The translations under genes and the position numbers were made by a program. Under the pieces are notes generated by a model. That model made no database searches and was not told where the DNA came from. It saw only the letters and a program-made list of their open reading frames with translations. From an uncultured Elusimicrobia bacterium (lineage in GTDB: Bacteria > Elusimicrobiota > Elusimicrobia > 2-01-FULL-59-12), in the NCBI GenBank assembly GCA_963702895.1, contig OY969767.1:2176001-2240000 (forward strand): a stretch of DNA of 64,000 nucleotides. Direction: 5' to 3'. Shown one piece after another: positions 60,011 through 64,000 of the stretch (position 1 is its first letter; each line of letters opens with the position of its first letter).

Positions 60011-60218
60011 ACGGCTTGGGGACGTTCCTCACGGTCTCACGCCAGTTGTCATCCCGGCGAAAGCCGGCCCTCCACACAACCGGCGGGCCGTCCGCCCTGC
60101 CGTGTGGCGGACGGGATCCATCAATCCGATTTGATGCTCTGATGGATCCCCCCCTTACAACCGGGGGGGATGACACTCAAGGAAGTGCGTGAGATCGTGA
60201 GGAACGTCCCCAAGCCGT
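60011..60218. repeat. MITE/REPIN-like composite: long IR enclosing a REP pair
   Basis: Perfect 23-bp IR 60011-60033 / 60196-60218, extending to about 32 bp with one mismatch. Confidence 0.75.
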
Positions 60219-60395
60219 TAGGTTTTGTGAAGCCCGCCTGAAGGAGCCATCGGGGCCGGGATCGCGGGAGCGCAGCGGAGAAAGCTCGCGTGTGGCGCAC
60301 TCAGAGCGGACGAGCATACGACGCAGAACGAAAAAAGGATACGGCCTGAAAACTGGTGAGGACGAACCGGAAGCGATTCCAACTTCCGCATTTCT

Positions 60396-62159
60396 TCATC
60401 GCACATATTCCTTGGAATCGATCTGAAGGTCAAAGTTCGAGGTGCGGATTTTGTGGTTGACCACGTCGTTATAAAAAACATAGAGCGTCGTGCCGTTGTC
60501 CATGACGAAGTTGCCGTCCACCCGCGCCGCTCCTAAGAGCGTCCAGTTGTTATCGCCGGCAGGAGGCCCGCTCGTATTGAGATGCAGGCCTCCGGCGACA
60601 TAGAGGAAACCACGAAAGTCGATATGGCGGTCCACGGCGGACCCGGAACAGACAGCACCACCGCTGCAGGTGGAATACGGATCTTCCTTCCCGATAGTCG
60701 GAGGAATATAGACGGCCGTCGCCGGGGCGAAGCTCGCGGGCTGGGTGTTGTTTCCCAGCGTGAGCTTTCCGGAGACATAAAAGGTGCCGCTTCCGAGATC
60801 CACCGCGAAACGGTGAAATTCCGCGTTGCCATTGATATAGATGAACTTGTCCGTGCCGTCCCCGAGAGTGAAATTGTCGAATATGGCCGCGCCGGCGCTC
60901 GTGTCCGGAAAGTAACATTTGTCCGCATAGGCAGCGGGCCTGGGGCAGGGCGCGCCTCCGCACTGAGGAGGCGTGGGACAGGTCGAATTTTGGGCTTGGA
61001 TCACATAATACCGCCGGTCAATCGTCGAGGGCGTGCCGGCGGAGGTGTAAGCCCAGTATGCTTTCTGATCGCTGGGTGCGTGCGGATCGTCCGTTCGGGG
61101 CAGGATAGCGCCCCCCGCAAACTTCCGAGGCCTCTGGGTAGCGGCGTTGTGCGCGTCGAGGGTCCAGGTCGCCGTGCTACGGACCACAATTGGCCCCATT
61201 TCGACACGAAGCGTAGACCCTCCCGCGCTCTGATTGGGAGGGTAAGCCAAGTCGAGCGCCGCGGAGGCGCTGTAGCTGGAAGGAAGTTTCGCCCCCACCG
61301 TCTGCTGGCTCACGACCGCGTAAATCGAAGCGCCGGGGATGGCCGTTCCGTCACGCTCCACCGCCCGAGAGAAAATGCCGACCTGATAGCGCTGCAGACC
61401 GCCCACCCCCGGGCTGGTGACGGAACTATAGCTGACGGAAAAGTACCCCCCTTGCGCGCTTGAGACAATCTCCGGGGCCGGGAGCCCGCCGCCCGCCAGA
61501 TAGGGCCAATTCGGGGGATTGCCGGGCATGGTTTGCACGCGAACGGTGAGATTCTTCGAATACTCTCCAAAGCCACTGACGTAAGCCGCTGCTGAATTTT
61601 GCATCCCCCATTGAAATTGATACTCACCGAACGCCGAGGGCGCATGAATATTAAATGTAAAGGTCACGGTTGAACGGCACAATACAGTTTCCGCCAGCGG
61701 CACTTCACCATCATCATCCCAAATTATGTTGGGTAATGGATTGACGGCGATCAGTTTATAGCCGCCAGCGGCGGTCCAAGTGGTCTGGCCCACGTTCTGG
61801 AAGGTGACCTTGACGGGCATGCTGTCGTCTTTAGCCATGGCCAGAGGCACGACTTGAGAGATGAAGCGGGCGTTCTCGACGTTCGGATGTAAGCCCTGGA
61901 GGTCCGGGCTGATGGCCCCCGCCGCCTGCGCAGGGTTAGAGGGCACGGTGGACGACGACAACTGCTGGATCGCGTAGGAAAGGCCCTCTTCGGCCACCAT
62001 CTGGGACTTGGTTTGCTTGTGGGATATGCCACTATGCTTGACGGTGGACCTGTTCACAAAGACCATAATGGGAATGGCGACCAGAAGCATGACAAAGAGG
62101 AGCGCCGCGATCAACAGGGCCTGGCCGGACTCATTCATCAATCGGCGTTGGGTCCTCAT
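60396..62159 (-). CDS. PilX-like N-terminal domain protein with internal NBR1-like Ig domain
   Basis: NESGQALLIAALLFVMLL; SQMVAEEGLSYA; coupled to upstream prepilin-like genes. Confidence 0.8.
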   Translation of the reverse strand: MRTQRRLMNESGQALLIAALLFVMLLVAIPIMVFVNRSTVKHSGISHKQTKSQMVAEEGLSYAIQQLSSSTVPSNPAQAAGAISPDLQGLHPNVENARFISQVVPLAMAKDDSMPVKVTFQNVGQTTWTAAGGYKLIAVNPLPNIIWDDDGEVPLAETVLCRSTVTFTFNIHAPSAFGEYQFQWGMQNSAAAYVSGFGEYSKNLTVRVQTMPGNPPNWPYLAGGGLPAPEIVSSAQGGYFSVSYSSVTSPGVGGLQRYQVGIFSRAVERDGTAIPGASIYAVVSQQTVGAKLPSSYSASAALDLAYPPNQSAGGSTLRVEMGPIVVRSTATWTLDAHNAATQRPRKFAGGAILPRTDDPHAPSDQKAYWAYTSAGTPSTIDRRYYVIQAQNSTCPTPPQCGGAPCPRPAAYADKCYFPDTSAGAAIFDNFTLGDGTDKFIYINGNAEFHRFAVDLGSGTFYVSGKLTLGNNTQPASFAPATAVYIPPTIGKEDPYSTCSGGAVCSGSAVDRHIDFRGFLYVAGGLHLNTSGPPAGDNNWTLLGAARVDGNFVMDNGTTLYVFYNDVVNHKIRTSNFDLQIDSKEYVR

Positions 62160-62698
62160 AGGGATTCCACCATTTGAACGCGGTAATTGGGAATGAGGAT
62201 CGAGGAGGACCGGGAAAGGTCCTTCGTGTCGTCCCAAAACGCGTCGATTTGAAGGGAGACGGACACAACCGCCGGATCCATCGAATTCCCTGTGAAGATC
62301 AGTGCCGTGACGTTTTTCGCAAGCACCTGGGGAGCTTGGATAAAGTTATTCCCGTAGACCGTGTGCGTCACCGGATCCAGATAAACGGAATAAGCCGTTG
62401 TGCCGTTCGGCAGTGGCGTTTGCAGCTCAAAATTGACCTTCGAATTGGGCACGGTGGACCCCGCGGGCGTCGAGATGACCAGGGTCTCCGCTCTGCCTTT
62501 GCGGATCATCTGCTGGATGCGCTCAAGGCCGACCCGGCTGTCCTGGTTGACCATTTGACGGACCGCCATGCGCTTAAAAAACGTCACATTGCTGAACAGG
62601 ATCTTCGCCACCACCGCGAGGATAGCGGTCGCCATGGCCGCCACGATCAGCGTTTCCACAAGCGTGAAGCCTCGATCCGCTGGAAGGATCCGCCTCAT
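62156..62698 (-). CDS. Prepilin-type N-terminal cleavage/methylation protein (PilW-like)
   Basis: RG|FTLVE followed by a hydrophobic helix. Confidence 0.88.
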   Translation of the reverse strand: MRRILPADRGFTLVETLIVAAMATAILAVVAKILFSNVTFFKRMAVRQMVNQDSRVGLERIQQMIRKGRAETLVISTPAGSTVPNSKVNFELQTPLPNGTTAYSVYLDPVTHTVYGNNFIQAPQVLAKNVTALIFTGNSMDPAVVSVSLQIDAFWDDTKDLSRSSSILIPNYRVQMVESL

Positions 62699-63225
62699 CG
62701 GAACGCCATGCTTTCCATGTTCACTTGGTAGAGGTGGCCGCGACTGGACCATGTGACATTGATATGGATTTTTTTCAGCCCCTTATCGGCTCCTCTTTCC
62801 CCCATGGTCCCGTTGGAGCAAGTGGACTGCCAGGCCGCTCCCACCCGTTCGACGAGGTGAATGCATTCATGTCTGGTGTAGACGATAGTGGCTTCCTGAA
62901 AGAAGGCGTTCGTGTAGCGGGCGTGCGTCAGGTCTTCCCGGCTGCAGTCGCACCCCCCCATGGTTGGAAAGAGCGCGATGCCGGAAATGGGAAAATTGGA
63001 GTCGACTCCGGTCTCCCGGGGTGTGGTGTCCAAGAGCGCATAAGGTTGCGCTTTGAGGTCCTGCATCCTGGCCGCCGCAAAACTCATCGCCAAGGACCGG
63101 CGGCGGCTGTTGGTGAGCGCTTCCGAGGCTTTGGGCAGCGTGAGCGAGAGTATCGCGACCGAGCCGGCCACCAGCACCGAGACCATCAGCAGCTCAATCA
63201 TGGTGGTTCCTGTCTGGCTCATCAT
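62695..63225 (-). CDS. Prepilin-type protein (PilV-like)
   Basis: TG|TTMIE followed by a hydrophobic helix; ARMQDLK; LKKIHINVTW. Confidence 0.8.
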   Translation of the reverse strand: MMSQTGTTMIELLMVSVLVAGSVAILSLTLPKASEALTNSRRRSLAMSFAAARMQDLKAQPYALLDTTPRETGVDSNFPISGIALFPTMGGCDCSREDLTHARYTNAFFQEATIVYTRHECIHLVERVGAAWQSTCSNGTMGERGADKGLKKIHINVTWSSRGHLYQVNMESMAFR

Positions 63226-63998
63226 GGGCAATTTTCCGGGGGCACGTCCGACTGGGGCTCGATCGTCGCGCCGGACTCGACATCCTTACTTCCCGTCGCC
63301 GGCGCGCGCACATACGTCCTTTGCCCGTCAGCGCCGACCACAGACTTCCAGCAGGTCAGGTAGTATCTCCCATGGGTGACCTCGAGGTCAAGACTTCCGT
63401 TTGGCCCCACCACGCCCGAGATAATCTTCGGCCGCGCCACCGCCGAAGCGCTGATCTGGGGAGGCATCGCCGCCCCGGCCCATGTAATCGTACTCAGCAT
63501 CACAAAGCTCCCCGAGGGGGCCCGCACCTGCACCCTCGACGTCGCCCCCCGTAACGTAAACGTGTAGCTGCTCAAGGGGACCGCTTCCAAAGAAGCCGGT
63601 GAGGCCGTCTGCTTCCGGTCAGTGACCACATTCAAGGAGAAGGAGGCGCCCTCAAGCGTGGGCCCAAAGTTGAACCAGCCCGTCGGGTCGGTGTTCTGCA
63701 CCATGTACGGGCGCCCATCCGAGGTGCGAAGCTCCACAGGAACACCCTTGAGCTCCAGGACGGTGGGCCAGACCTCGTCCGCAAGGACCCGGCCGCAAAC
63801 CCCTCCTGCCGCGCAAGCGCAGACCGGCGGCGGAGGAAAGGTGCAGTTCCCATCGCAAGCCCATCCGCCGCTGCCACACATAGGGACCGCCCCGCAGGCG
63901 CCACCTATAGGTCTTGTCATATGAAAAGCGCAGACGCCGGAACTGCACAGACCGCTCGAGCACTGGTTACCGCAATCGCAGGTCGCGCAAGGAGCGCG
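63222..63998 (-). CDS. Cys-rich hypothetical protein, 5' end outside the window
   Basis: Frame is open to the window edge (RAPCATCDCGNQCSSGLCSSGVCAFHMTRP...). Confidence 0.7.
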   Translation of the reverse strand, partial: RAPCATCDCGNQCSSGLCSSGVCAFHMTRPIGGACGAVPMCGSGGWACDGNCTFPPPPVCACAAGGVCGRVLADEVWPTVLELKGVPVELRTSDGRPYMVQNTDPTGWFNFGPTLEGASFSLNVVTDRKQTASPASLEAVPLSSYTFTLRGATSRVQVRAPSGSFVMLSTITWAGAAMPPQISASAVARPKIISGVVGPNGSLDLEVTHGRYYLTCWKSVVGADGQRTYVRAPATGSKDVESGATIEPQSDVPPENCP

Positions 63999-64000
63999 CC

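Overview
Bacterial chromosomal window. The EF-Tu insert [13 protein letters not shown] and the secreted-protein C-termini suggest Elusimicrobiota, but this is an unverified inference. Left (1-9.1 kb): greA, then a minus-strand core cluster tRNA-Gly, tRNA-Thr, tuf, rpmG, an IS1380 transposase, tRNA-Trp, secE, nusG, rplK, rplA, an MFS transporter and a TPR-like gene. Several damaged or nested tRNA copies lie upstream of tuf. Middle (9.3-52 kb): a co-oriented, mostly translationally coupled array of 12 large secreted proteins (G1-G12 in transcription order). They are built from shuffled beta-helix, FN3 and Ig-like modules, and all end in a near-identical T9SS-type-A-like C-terminal domain (VRVYPNPWRSDRH...KVVVIK). 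A Phd/RelE toxin-antitoxin pair is embedded antisense in the array. Right: a divergent S8+metalloprotease with a related C-terminal domain, an IS110 (IS1111-like) element with a candidate RNA guide, an M48 lipoprotein and minor-pilin genes. Three classes of small DNA elements are superimposed: paired, often inverted, arms of 7/8-nt tandem repeats (intergenic, and also translated in leaders and linkers); GTCATCCC REP-like pairs; and a 44-47 nt double-hairpin insertion found at TCGA/CCGG sites.
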